Part shown: in pieces, positions 9,770 through 20,661 of the stretch
How positions within the stretch are numbered: position 1 is the first letter of the stretch
Layout of the letters: each line of letters starts with the position of its first letter
Source of the DNA: Octopus bimaculoides
Taxonomy: Eukaryota
Direction of reading: 5' to 3'
DNA length: 33,106 bases
Assembly (NCBI RefSeq): GCF_001194135.2
Contig: NC_068988.1
Location: 73,424,869-73,457,974, forward strand
Notes under the pieces: model-generated
Database searches by the model: none
What the model saw: the letters and a program-made list of their open reading frames with translations, nothing else
Told to the model about the DNA's origin: nothing
Translations under genes and position numbers: made by a program

Positions 9770-12260
9770 TTATTTTGCTGTCCGTTGTTCATTTTCTGAG
9801 CATGTTGTTAGATTAGAATAAACAAATTGAACCAAATCTTTCTAGGAATTCATTGTTAGGAAGAATAGAATCACAATGGCATCTGGAAAAGGTATGTCAG
9901 TATTAACAATATTAGCAAACCTTCTTTCACTCACATCCAGCAATAGTTTGCATGGTGGTTTAGTCATATTTATATGATTATTGTAATAGACTTCGGCTGA
10001 AGGATTTATTTTATCTAGATTAAAAGGTAAATTCTGTTATTTGGTGTGCTGCTGTAGGCAAAACACAGCAAACAGTTGAATGCTTATAATTGAATCAACT
10101 AGTTAATCAATGCGCACAGTATATCATTTGATGGCAAATTCTGTTTTCAATGGCCATATTTCTCTTTTGCGATGTACAAAATCTTCGATAAAACTATCAT
10201 GAAAGATGTATAAATTTAGAGGCTCAGAGAATAGAAATGAAAAATTGTGACGAGTGAATATCTACCCATTCTCAGTCATGTTAAGGAGATTCAATATTTG
10301 GCAAGCATGTTTAAAGCTTTTGCCGGCCGAAGGCAAATAATCGACCGAAGGCAAATCATCGAAACTTATAGGGCTGTCTCTATGATGAAGCATTAATTTC
10401 AAAATGAATATTTTGCCTGCAGCAGAAGGAGAGTGTGTACTCAACTGATGGTCTCTGGTACAGACGTCGTCACCACTTAACGTTCATAAACGAGAAGACC
10501 GGGAGTAATTTTTCGGCAACATCCATTAAACATGCCAGGCAAAAGCTGCTTTTGATTCTCCGCTTGGTTCATGTATTTCTTTGCTAAAGACCAACTATGC
10601 GTACATTATTTGGATTGAGAAGTTCAGCAGAAACAACTTTGTTAATTTTTTTTGTCATGTGTTGAGGTTATTTTCTGTCATGAAAAGAAAATGAGAATTC
10701 AGATGTGCTTATAGGAGCCATTAATCTTCCCAAAACGCCCGATTTGAAAACTTGTACAAGTTGCTGCCACTTCAACTTGAAAACTCATACAGCTATATCA
10801 GGACAGTCTACGATGATATGATTTGCATTAAGTTCTCACCAATTTCTTCCAATTTTGGTTTGCAAGTAAATGTCATAAATAATGTTTTACAAATTAGTTA
10901 AGGACAGCCATCGCATTTTGGTAGTTCTTTGTCACATATCCTGAAATGTTTATAAGCGCGTTTGGGAGAACACGCCGTCTCCTAGCCTGATCAACATCGC
11001 CTGCAATGATTACATCTATCCGACAGTCATACAGGTCTGTTCGTAGCGCCTGTTGATTGGTTCGTATATGCTGCAAGTGAGCGGATTAAACTTGGCACAT
11101 TAATCTACAGAAAACTGTCGGATTAGGCGGCGTCCGTGATGCAATATATTATCCGATTTAGTTTTCTTTAATGTACGAAAAGATAAGATTAAAGACACAT
11201 TACTTCTTTATTGCTTCTTATGTTTAATATTGAGATGCCTTCGATCTTAGCCACCAGGAAAAAAACTTGGATACACCATAAGTGTCATAAGGCTCAATAA
11301 GAATCTCTAAGTATTTAATGACTTGTTCTCTATTCTTACTTATCAGCATTCTACCAGTATGATGGACTTCCTCGCCAGTACCGGACTCGATACAATAATC
11401 TCCTTGTATGTAGGCAAGTTATCTTCAAGAAACATATTCTGGTGTCAGCATCAATTTTTTTCTTGAAAAGACAGGAATGATTGCTAGCTGAAACTACGGT
11501 GGAATGATGCGTACGGAAATAACAGCATCAATATTTTTTCCCATTATCTGCAACCATTCTCTGCATGCGCTGTCGAGTTCGTTTTTCAGAATCATAATAG
11601 TAAATTTGTAGATAGGGCAGGGCATCAGTAGCAGCATTTCTTGGTGCTTCGAAATATCTGTAAACAATGAGAATTTTGTATGTGGAATAGCTTCCAATAA
11701 CTGTAGGATCGTTTGTATTTATGCATCACATAGCCATAGAACTGGTGAACCTCTGGTACTTATGGAATATGGATTAAACCGGATGTACAGCAAATACCAA
11801 AATTTGGATCAATCAATGTTCCTCTATTGTTTTCTTTCATTGTTGGCATCACACATCCATTAAGCCACAACTATTTCTGGCACTGAATTTGTGTCATGCT
11901 GCTTGACAATATTTAACTTCCTTTTGTGTCTGCTTTGGCGATTAATTATAATTATATTTGAACTATTAGCTGTTGTCTGTCTTCTTGAGAAAGTTACTTG
12001 TGTGCTTGACGTTGCTGCCGAGCATCTTGTTCTAAAATCTGTTGATATTGTTTTTGTTCTGTGTTGCTCCCGAGGAAGTTGTTACTATGCTTTTGGATGT
12101 TGCTTAGCATTTTGAGACAAAATGCATTCTCACTGCTCTTGACATTTGTCCTTGTGCTTGTCTTCGTTGAGCTGCATTCGCTTGTCTTTGCTTCCTTCAT
12201 TCTCGTTCTTCTTCTTTGCTGTTGTATTATTGTTCCTTCCGTACGAGGAATTTTATATTA
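9770..12260 (-). mobile_element. Helitron RepHel fossil with multiple internal deletions
   Basis: Degenerate motifs occur in the correct order on the minus strand. First an R/Q-rich N-terminus (~12000-12240), then a Zn-finger GLMDV*CQ..PNFGICCTSGLIHIP (~11760-11860), LPYLQIYYYDSE (~11580), and NLPT.EI..PYD.Y (~11270-11420). Next come HIRTNQQALRTDLY..RRRVLP..SGYVTKNYQNAMAV (10894-11076) and PDIAV.VFKLK (~10780). Last are SPSAAGKIFILKLMLHHRDSPISFDDL..SFKHACQILNLL (10262-10444) and helicase-like KDLVQFVYSNL (~9820). Confidence 0.85.
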
Positions 12261-12632
12261 ATATATTTGGTCATTCGTTGATTAAAAGTATTGCTTGAGC
12301 AAACTGAAATTGCAATAATGAAAAATAGTAAAATAATGAAATTTAAGTAAACACTTTGCCTTGAATGTACTGTTCGCAAATAACAATGATACGTTTTATT
12401 ATTTTTTGTATTTCATAAATTGTAAATTGATGCTTAAAAACGAAATATTTCTACAAACATTTGATGTCACAAACTGAATATTGATTTTTTTCTACATTAG
12501 TCTAAAATTTGAAATATTTTTAACCATGATTAATAAATTTTAAATGTATCTATATATACATGATTTTAGTATCATACATAAGATCAACATAGTTTTTCTG
12601 TTATTTTAGGGAATTATACTTATAAACATATA

Positions 12633-12842
12633 CATGGAATGGTGTTACACCTCTTCTCCAAGGCCTTAAAAGTTCAAGAGCCATTGATCAGCACAGGCAG
12701 TCACAGAGACAGTTTTTGTTTTGGAGGCGGATGACAAGGCGGTTTTTTTTTTTGCTGATTTTCTGGAACATGGGTATACCTTGAAGAGTGAGCCGTACAT
12801 TGAGATACCCAAAAAGACTAGAGAAGTCATTAAGAGGAAGTC
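12633..12842 (+). mobile_element. Mariner transposase catalytic-domain fragment
   Basis: It translates as MEWCYTSSPRP*KFKSH..TVFVLEADDKAVFFFADFLEHGYTLKSEPYIEIPKKTREVIKRK. This matches the mariner pattern EW.H.SSP.PKKFK..S.GKVM.TVFWD..G...DFL..G.TINSE.YIE.LKKLR..I.RK. A poly-A run follows. Confidence 0.75.
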
Positions 12843-13069
12843 TGCCATGCCAAGAAAAGAAAAAAAAAAAAAAAAAAAAAAGAAACGCAAGAACACGTAT
12901 CTTTGGCAACAAATCAGGCAATTGGCAAATTAGGTCAGCGGTTCCTTATACTCCATACTGTCTGGATCTAGTGCCGTTCAACTTCCCTAAAGACAGAGGA
13001 AATGCCGCTAAGTATTTTGTCCATCGCAGTAACGATTCTGCTTGCTTAAACTACTACTAATGATAATGG

Positions 13070-14672
13070 TTTCTTTTATTTTCCACCTGGATGGTGGATG
13101 AGGTGGGGGTAATACAAAAGCAGACATAAAGTGTAGTAGTTTATATAGAATGAGATGATGTAAAGCAAAGTGCAAAGTATACACGATATACAATAAATAC
13201 CGTATGCAACAATAAAGAAAATAAAATGAAAGTTATGTTGTCCTCTGGACGTAGGAGGACCTCTCAGGACAATTGAAGAACACCACCATCCAAGCTCTCC
13301 TTGAATACCAATGACAAGTGACCCTTCCAGCGGAGTCATCCACGTTTCTCATTTTTGCTATTTTCATCTACCTTTCAATAAATTTTCTCAAAGGACAATA
13401 ACCCCCTCTCTAGTTTCACTTTCCTTTTCCAGTGAAACTTGCAAACGGTCGATGAGGGATCTACCAAAGATGGAAGTCTCTGACTTCAAGCCTTTCAGCC
13501 TTGTCAACCGGACGACCTCTTTCGCAATAGCCACCAAAGGAACACTGCTTTACCATCCCGATTAAAGATGGGGAGGTGGGGCAATCATTACTATGGACTC
13601 GACCGACAGATGGATCCGTCCCATACGAGACAGTAGCTGTTCAACATAACTCCGTGAGTCAACCCAGAACACACACTGAATGCGTGCAGAACAGTTTCGT
13701 CGCTCTGCGCGTATCTCGGACAAGCCCGTCTGACAGCACATCCATGCCTGTAGAGTTTATCTCGAACTTGTAGTGTTTCTCTGTTACACTGCCAGGTCAA
13801 TGACTTCTGGAAGTTATCTATGGTGGTCCCCTAGCGGAAAGTCCTCCGGAGCAAGCAAGCCAGTTTGTTTTCATCGACGCTCAGATTGTCTCCGAGAATG
13901 TCGACACACTTCCCCGCCACTAATCCGCTATATATCCACCGTCCCATTACCTGACTGGTAAAGAGTAGTGAGCGCCTGAGGACATTTAAGGTGTCAGGCG
14001 CTCAGTCTCGGTATTTCCTTCACCCAAGAAACGGGCTGTGGAAAGACATGTCTCACGAACGGAGCTCACACACGTTTGCTATCTTGGAAACGTTTCAGGC
14101 GGAGTAACTTCAGCGCCTGCCTATGCAGCAGCACCAACGGCATGCTTGAGCCGCAACGCAAACGGTACTGACCGACTGACAGTCTGATCGCCTGACCATT
14201 CGAATGCGTCCTTTCCACAAGAAAATAAACAACAGACCGTCTAGCCGATCATGCAGTTGCCTGGACAAGGCACAACGATCAGGTCATAAACAATAACGGA
14301 GGTGATGTAGGGATTCGCCATCTCGGCTTGACCTGTCAGGGACAGCTTTCTCTCTGTCCATTTCTGAGTAAGAATGGCCACCCTGTTCATCACTAGGTCC
14401 CAGTTCTTGTCCATCTTGAGGTCGGGACCGAACCAGACACAGAGCAGTTTGACTGGTCCGTCAGTCCAGTGTCTCCAGGTGTCCAGCCGCAAGCCCATCG
14501 AGTTTTTGGCGCTTATTTTAGCCCCAGCCATCGACTCGTATTCCTTTAGAATGATACTGACCATCTCCATATTTTAGTGGCCCTTATTGGTTTTCCGTAA
14601 AACATCGCGTCCGCTGCCGAGAGACGTGGAAGGTCGTCCAGGTATGAACTAAAGTCCGCAGCCCTCCTCACT
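13070..14672 (-). mobile_element. 5'-truncated Tx1/L1-type LINE, ORF2 3' half with RT core deleted
   Basis: The minus strand gives ..FSSYLDDLPRLSAADAMFYGKPIRATKI joined to MEMVSIILKEYESMAGAKISAKNSMGLRL..W..KLSLTG.. (post-YADD region). A C-terminal ..RDKLYRHGCAVRRACPRYAQSDETVLHAFSVC cysteine motif follows, and the 3' UTR ends AATAAAAGAAA (13070-13080). Confidence 0.85.
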
Positions 14673-15159
14673 AAAAAATGAAAAGAAAAAAAGATTAATT
14701 CTTTGCTAAAGGAATTATATTTATCAGTCTAATAATTCAATGTTTCTAGCGCATTTGCGTTATCAGCACCATTATCGATACATTTCTGAGTTATTTACTC
14801 TTATTGTACTTAAACCATTGTATATCTAGTGGTTTGAGACTACAGTTTATCAACGTACATTATCAAATCGAAACAGAAGTTAACGAGAGATTAACAAAAT
14901 ATAGTTGGGTATATAATAAGCATCTATATCGAGGAACATCAGTGAACAATGGCGAGCGGATTAGTTTTAGATGAATTAACCGTCGAACAAGAGTACATGG
15001 ATAAAATGAACTAAGTCATAAAAAGGGACGAATTATTGAAAAATAAAAGCGATTAAAAATAAGATACTTAAGATCAGTGGAAACATAATGTTACATACAC
15101 ATACACACAATCATACACACAAATAATGCACAACCTCAATACCTTCCTCCTTCTCTTAC

Positions 15160-15255
15160 TCGCTCACTGAATTACTCACTCACTCACTCACTCACTCACA
15201 CACTTACTCATTCACTCACTCATTCACTCACTCACTCACTCACCCACTCACACAT
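15160..15255. repeat. (CACT)n tetranucleotide repeat
   Basis: Direct reading. Confidence 0.9.
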
Positions 15256-15507
15256 ACACCTATAATCACTCAGAAACAACTGCACGCATAGTGTAATGCT
15301 GGAAGATGATAAAAAATGCTTAAAATCAAATTAGACGGTAATCTTATGAGTTTGATGTAGACGGTGAAATGTTGCTTGTTAAGCATATCATTAATGCCTT
15401 ATTGCAAAAACTCAGCAAGATTATTGTCTGCCTAACAAGAACAATTAAGGATGAGCAGCAACTAGAGTAATAGATGCCACAGCTGGACTGATATGGTCAG
15501 GCTATTT

Positions 15508-15508
<1 letters not shown>

Positions 15509-15571
<63 letters not shown>

Positions 15572-15780
15572 NNNNNNNNNNNNNNNNNNNNNNNNNNNNN
15601 NNNNNNNNNNNNNNNNNNNNNNNNNNNNNNNNNNNNNNNNNNNNNNNNNNNNNNNNNNNNNNNNNNNNNNNNNNNNNNNNNNNNNNNNNNNNNNNNNNNN
15701 NNNNNNNNNNNNNNNNNNNNNNNNNNNNNNNNNNNNNNNNNNNNNNNNNNNNNNNNNNNNNNNATATATATACACACACA
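15509..15780. other. (CA)n, assembly gap 15572-15763, (TA)n
   Basis: Direct reading. Confidence 0.98.
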
Positions 15781-15787
15781 TAGACAC

Positions 15788-16260
15788 TAGAGTAAGCACA
15801 TAGATGCGAAACAAGGTGGAAAAAATAGTATTCGAATACCAGAGGTAGAGTAATGTGCTTTATTAAAAGCACCGAAAATATCACAAAAACTGTTACTCAG
15901 AGTTTCATGTTCCCGTTCGTCGGACAGTTTTGTTTAGAGTGAAACTAAAAATAAGGTTATAAGCAAACATATACAATTAGTTTAATGGATACACATTTGA
16001 AAATGGTTTTGTTTCATTGGTTCTTTCAACTAAAAGTCTTTTCAATGACCGGTCGCATGCAATAACAAATTTCGGTATAAAATCATCTTATAAAAATCGA
16101 AGAAAACCTTGAATAAAAAATGGCTTATAAAGAAGCACAGAACCTGAATACCTAGGGCAAATAATTAGCTGTAAAATATTAATCAATTAATACATTAAAG
16201 GTTATATCTGTTTAAAAAACTTTTCACGCTAAATTACATATATATTTAGCAGTATTTACA
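15788..16260 (-). mobile_element. Hammerhead-containing pLTR-like repeat, copy 1
   Basis: It aligns over about 400 bp with 18765-19178 (roughly 75-85% identity by eye), including long identical runs such as aaacatatacaattagtttaatggatacacatttgaaaatggttttgttt. It is non-coding and abuts a microsatellite and gap. Confidence 0.75.
15886..15931 (-). ncRNA. Minimal type I hammerhead ribozyme (variant core CCGACGA)
   Basis: The minus strand reads aaaactgt-CCGACGA-acgggaacat-GAAA-ctctgag-TA-acagtttt. Stem I is a perfect 8 bp, stem II is short with one mismatch, stem III is a tiny self-complementary ctc/gag, and the cleavage triplet is GUA. Confidence 0.75.
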
Positions 16261-16859
16261 CATATCAAACCGTCTATAATATACATATATACACTAAACA
16301 TACAGACGCATGCAGATATGTATAGGCAAGACATAAATATATATACAAATGCATGTATATGTATGTACACACACACACGCACGCGCACAAAATCTCCTGG
16401 CGTATGCTTATACAAGTTAGTTGTTACAAGCGAAAGAAAGAGGAGGGAAAAAAATCAGAAAATATTAAGTATGAGGCGGTGAGAAAACAATGGAAAGGAA
16501 GAAAAAGAAATAAAAGAAAGAGAAACAGAAAATTAGAGAAAGAAGGGGAAACAGTACATACATACACATAAATATATAGTGACATCTTCACATCAAGATA
16601 AATATATACACCATAACGTATATATGCAAACAATGTAAAAAAAACTGTCCGGTATATATAGTATTAAAATGTAAAAATAAGAAAACTTTACATTAATTTG
16701 ATAAAACATAATCAAATACGTGAGTAAACAATAAAAATTAAAAAAATAAACCTCGTCGAGTCTTAAGCTTAAAATTGTAAAACAGTCGAAGGCTTTCTTA
16801 AAAGTGAATTCGAAATATTTACTAACATTGCAATGCAAAATAACTACAACGTGTAAAGT

Positions 16860-18000
16860 CAAAACATTTTACTCATACAGTATTTTGTCGGTTGACATTT
16901 TAAACTTTGCGGTGTGCCTGCAGGAAGTTAAGAGCTCGAGTCTCTGGTTCAAAGCATTTTTATCCTGGAACAGGATGAAGAACTTTTCTGAGAGGCAAAG
17001 ATTACATTTCATAGGTCTTTTATAAGCTCCATGTCTGTATGCTGATACTTTTTCTAGAATTTTCCAGGTTATATTGAAAGGACAGGTTTCATTCTCTTTC
17101 AATTCCCAGACATGTTTTGCAAGACTAGTCGCTGTCCTGTTCTTGGAGTATCGGTGGGAATATAATCGAGTCTTGAAACCCCTGTTTTTGTTTTTTATTC
17201 TTGCGAGCCATCTAATTGCACTTTGGTTCTATAAACAATACCTTTTTCAAGACATTTTCCTTCCAACGGGTAGCAAGTCTTATCTTTGAAGTTGCAGTTC
17301 CTCAGATTAGATTCGGCACTGTAGTTGTCTTTAATGATTTTCGTGTTGTGCTGGCTAATGAAAGAGGCGGAGTTTTTGCAACAAGAGTAGCTAATCTTCA
17401 GTGTTCTCCTATTATTCATGGCTAAATTGAAAATACTTAGAAACTAATTTTAAGAATTCCTTACCTATATTACTTTTTACGGCAATATCAAATGCAGGGT
17501 TAAACCACAAAACTTTCCTAGTTCTAGTTCTACGTGTTCTATTATTGCTAGAATTAATTTGACTATACTGGACCTTCTCCGAAAATCCACTTTTCCTTAA
17601 TGCATTGTTGTAATACGGCGCAGCATTTTGAAATACTGTCTCATCTGAAGAAATTGATGATAATCACCTTCCTACATTACTAACCTAATTCAAAAGAATA
17701 TAACATAGCTTTACATTGGGCTTACGGTAGGTTTTAAATTTATCTAAATTGTAAATCTTAGTTGACATCTAAAAAAATTCTACGCTTTTAAGGTTACTTT
17801 CTATCATAATCTGTAAGCCCATTCTTTGGAAGAAAGTGATCAGATTCTTCCTAAGTTTATCTAAATTATGGGTGACTATAAGACCGTCATCCATGTATAA
17901 TCCTGCATCTATAAAAGGGTATTCTAGATGCAGATTATGAAAAATATAAGTTCCTATAAGCATACATAACTCAACCCCATAATTTAAACGGCCATCAGTT
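16860..18000 (-). mobile_element. Penelope-like element: RT C-terminus, linker and GIY-YIG-type endonuclease (probably Hydra clade)
   Basis: It gives ..GVELCMLIGTY..AGLYMDDGLIV..LDKLRKNL..FF.., then ..TYRKPN.., ..LSSISS.E.VF.NAAPYYNNAL.KSGF.. and ..TLKISYSC... The endonuclease region reads ..CYPLEGKCLEKGIVY.., ..ITWKILEK..KCNLCLSEKFFI..LNQRLELLTSCRH. It has many stops and frameshifts. Confidence 0.85.
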
Positions 18001-18009
18001 AGATTGTAG

Positions 18010-18062
18010 GCATGTATATGTATATATATGTATGTGGGTATGCATATACATATGTGTGTGTG

Positions 18063-18135
<73 letters not shown>

Positions 18136-18366
18136 ATATATAAATAAAAAATAAATAAATAAATATATAAATAAAAAATATACATATATAAGTGTGTATG
18201 TATATGTGTATCTACTTTTATATATGTGGGGAAGTATTTGTGTACATATTTTGTATATTTGTATGCGTATCTATGTGTGCATATTTGTGTGTATGTTTGT
18301 TCTTATGCAGATATACATATAATTTTGTGTGCGTTTTTATGTGTTCGGTGTTCAAGCTAAACGGAG

Positions 18367-18408
<42 letters not shown>

Positions 18409-18431
18409 TCTCTACATACATACATACATAC

Positions 18432-18465
<34 letters not shown>

Positions 18466-18765
18466 GTATATATTTATATATATATATATATGTATGTATG
18501 TATGTATGTATATATATGTATATAATATANNNNNNNNNNNNNNNNNNNNNNNNNNNNNNNNNNNNNNNNNNNNNNNNNNNNNNNNNNNNNNNNNNNNNNN
18601 NNNNNNNNNNNNNNNNNNNNNNNNNNNNNNNNNNNNNNNNNNNNNNNNNNNNNNNNNNNNNNNNNNNNNNNNNNNNNNNNNNNNNNNNNNNNNNNNNNNN
18701 NNNNNNNNNNNNNNNNNNNNNNNNNNNNNNNNNNNNNNNNNNATACATATATATATATATATATA
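18010..18765. repeat. Compound TA/TG/CT microsatellite block with assembly gap 18530-18742
   Basis: Direct reading. Confidence 0.95.
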
Positions 18766-19177
18766 CTTTATTGAAAAGCAGCAAAAATATCACAAAAACT
18801 GTTACTCACAGTTTCATCTTCCCGTCTGTCGGACAGTTTTGTTTAGAATGGGGCAGAAATAAGGTTATAAGGAAACATATACAATTAGTTTAATGGATAC
18901 ACATTTGAAAATGGTTTTGTTTGATTGGTCCTTTCAACTAATGGTCTTAAGCATGCAATGAACACAATTCAGTGTAAAATCATCATATTACAAAATCGAA
19001 GAAAACCTTAAATCAAAAAACCTTGTAAAAGGACAGAGTCTAAATACATAGGGTGAATAATTATATTTAAAATATAAATCAATTAATACATTAAAAGTTA
19101 TATCCGTTTAAAAATTAAAATTAAAAAATTCACGTTAGCAGCATATGCACATACTAAACCATTTATGTGCTAACTCC

Positions 19178-19178
<1 letters not shown>
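18765..19178 (-). mobile_element. Hammerhead-containing pLTR-like repeat, copy 2
   Basis: It is a direct-repeat homolog of 15855-16260 and ends catttatgtgctaactccg immediately before (TA)n. Confidence 0.75.
18795..18840 (-). ncRNA. Degenerate minimal hammerhead ribozyme, copy 2
   Basis: The minus strand reads aaaactgt-CCGACAG-acgggaagat-GAAA-ctgtgag-TA-acagtttt. Stem I is intact and the core is damaged, so it is probably inactive. Confidence 0.6.
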
Positions 19179-19230
<52 letters not shown>

Positions 19231-19259
19231 CGAATTTGTATGAATATGTATAGAATAGT

Positions 19260-19730
19260 ATATCAGCTGAATAAATTTAAAACAGTCTGGTTTTAACGTT
19301 TTTTTATTATGGTATTTTAACAAAATCAGCGCTTCACACATGATGTACTCGTCAGATTTCAGATGTGTTTAACCGACAGTAGTTCTTGACAACTTTTATG
19401 CTTCTTAGAACGCTGCAACCAGCTGAATTTTTAGAATATCTTTTTGATCAATTCGTATGCTTTTAAACATCACGGTTTTCCAGGCGTAACGATTAATCCA
19501 CATGATTAACTGGTTGTTATATTATTGCTGTTATTTCCATTCAGAACAGGTTTGAACATTTTAATAAATCGTTTTCCTTTTATCTTTCTTCCAACGTCAC
19601 TTGTGTCATGTAGTTTGTGGAAAGGAAAAATTAGAAACATTTTCTGACCACATGTCTCTATATGTTCGTTCAACGGAATTTGGTGAACATTGGTATTCCG
19701 GATTTGCTATCTGTGGACTCGTGATTTATT
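19260..19730 (-). mobile_element. Penelope-like (Neptune-type) 3' fragment: end of GIY-YIG domain plus pLTR
   Basis: The minus strand gives ..RVHR*QIRNTNVHQIPLNEHIETCGQKMFLIFPFHKL..RKIKGKRFIKMFKPVLN. This is homologous to the end of the element at 28200-29284 (..ALHRSQIKVPQNRKIAFS*HTDIC..FRIFP..YRPLLN). Confidence 0.75.
19323..19359 (-). ncRNA. Candidate degenerate minimal hammerhead in PLE pLTR
   Basis: The minus strand reads aaat-CTGACGA-gtacatcatgtgt-GA(A)-agcgct-g-attt. The CUGANGA box is intact and stems II and III are palindromic, but GAAA lacks one A and position 17 is G. Confidence 0.45.
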
Positions 19731-19872
19731 TATATATATATATATATATATNNNNNNNNNNNNNNNNNNNNNNNNNNNNNNNNNNNNNNNNNNNNNNNNN
19801 NNNNNNNNNNNNNNNNNNNNNNNNNNNNNNNNNNNNNNNNNNNNNNNGTGTGTGTGTGTGTGTGTGTGTGTG
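19731..19872. other. (TA)n, short assembly gap from 19752, (GT)n
   Basis: Direct reading. Confidence 0.95.
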
Positions 19873-19875
19873 ATA

Positions 19876-20661
19876 TACAAGGTGCGGTGAATAAATTGCT
19901 GTCTAAATTACACAAAAATGAAAATAACACTGACATCTCAATTTAATAGATATATTTATCAAAATTACATAAAAATATCTTGAAATAATATCGTCATTGG
20001 CTTCAACCACAGCCTCCAGATGACTTCGCATTCTCCTGCAACTCTTCTGGACGGTCTCCTTGTTTAAGTTGGTGAATGCTGCCATAATCCTTGCCTTCAG
20101 TTCATTTTTGGTTTTACAAGGAGTTTTATTGGTCTCTCGCTCAACTGTACCCGACACATAATAATCAAGGGGGTTGCAGTCTGGGGAGTTAGGTGGCCAG
20201 ATGTTAGGGGTGATGTGGTAGCAGAAATTGTCTGACAACCATGACTGGGTTTTCCTGCTTGTGTGTCATGGTGCAGAGTCCTGTTGCCAGACATAGGGTC
20301 TTCCAGCAGCCACCCTCTTGACTCAGGGCGATACTACCTCCTCCAGGTACTTATGTAGGCCTCTGTGTTGTGTTTGAAACTGAGTGGGAAAATGAATGGA
20401 GGCATAGCGTCGCTATCACTAGCGATCACTCCAAACACTATGACACTCAAACACTCTGAAATGTTCGTATTGGAGCTTCCGGCGCGAATGCCAAGCAGTC
20501 CAACATGTCGTTTCCAAATTTCTTGCAGAGTGAATTGCGTTATGATGCTGTTTTTGTCACAGACGGCGCCCAACTGACCCTACTATACTGTGTAGTCAAC
20601 AAAATCAAAAACAAACAATGCGCGAAATTAAATATGTAAAATGGTGACAATTTACCTTGTA
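19876..20661 (-). mobile_element. Internally deleted Tc1/mariner (maT/DD37D-like) transposon with TA TSD
   Basis: The ends read TA|tacaaggtgcggtgaataaattg ... caatttaccttgta|TA, an imperfect TIR. Transposase remnants are TQFTLQEIWKRHVGLLGIRAGSSNTNISECL fused directly to VIVFGVIASDSDAMPPFIFP, and ..WPPNSPDCNPLDYYV..SCRRMRSHLEAVVEAN. Confidence 0.85.

Noticed and set aside
12666-12896. Minus-strand exon-like segment (poly-T tract, cag acceptor, DFLLMTSLVFLGISMYGSLFK, gt donor)
   Set aside because: The plus strand is clearly a mariner transposase fragment followed by an A-run, which explains the apparent polypyrimidine tract.
15855-19178. Direct repeats read as LTRs of an LTR retrotransposon
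   Set aside because: There are no TG..CA ends, PBS, PPT, gag or integrase. The enclosed coding sequence is PLE-type and the repeats carry hammerheads.
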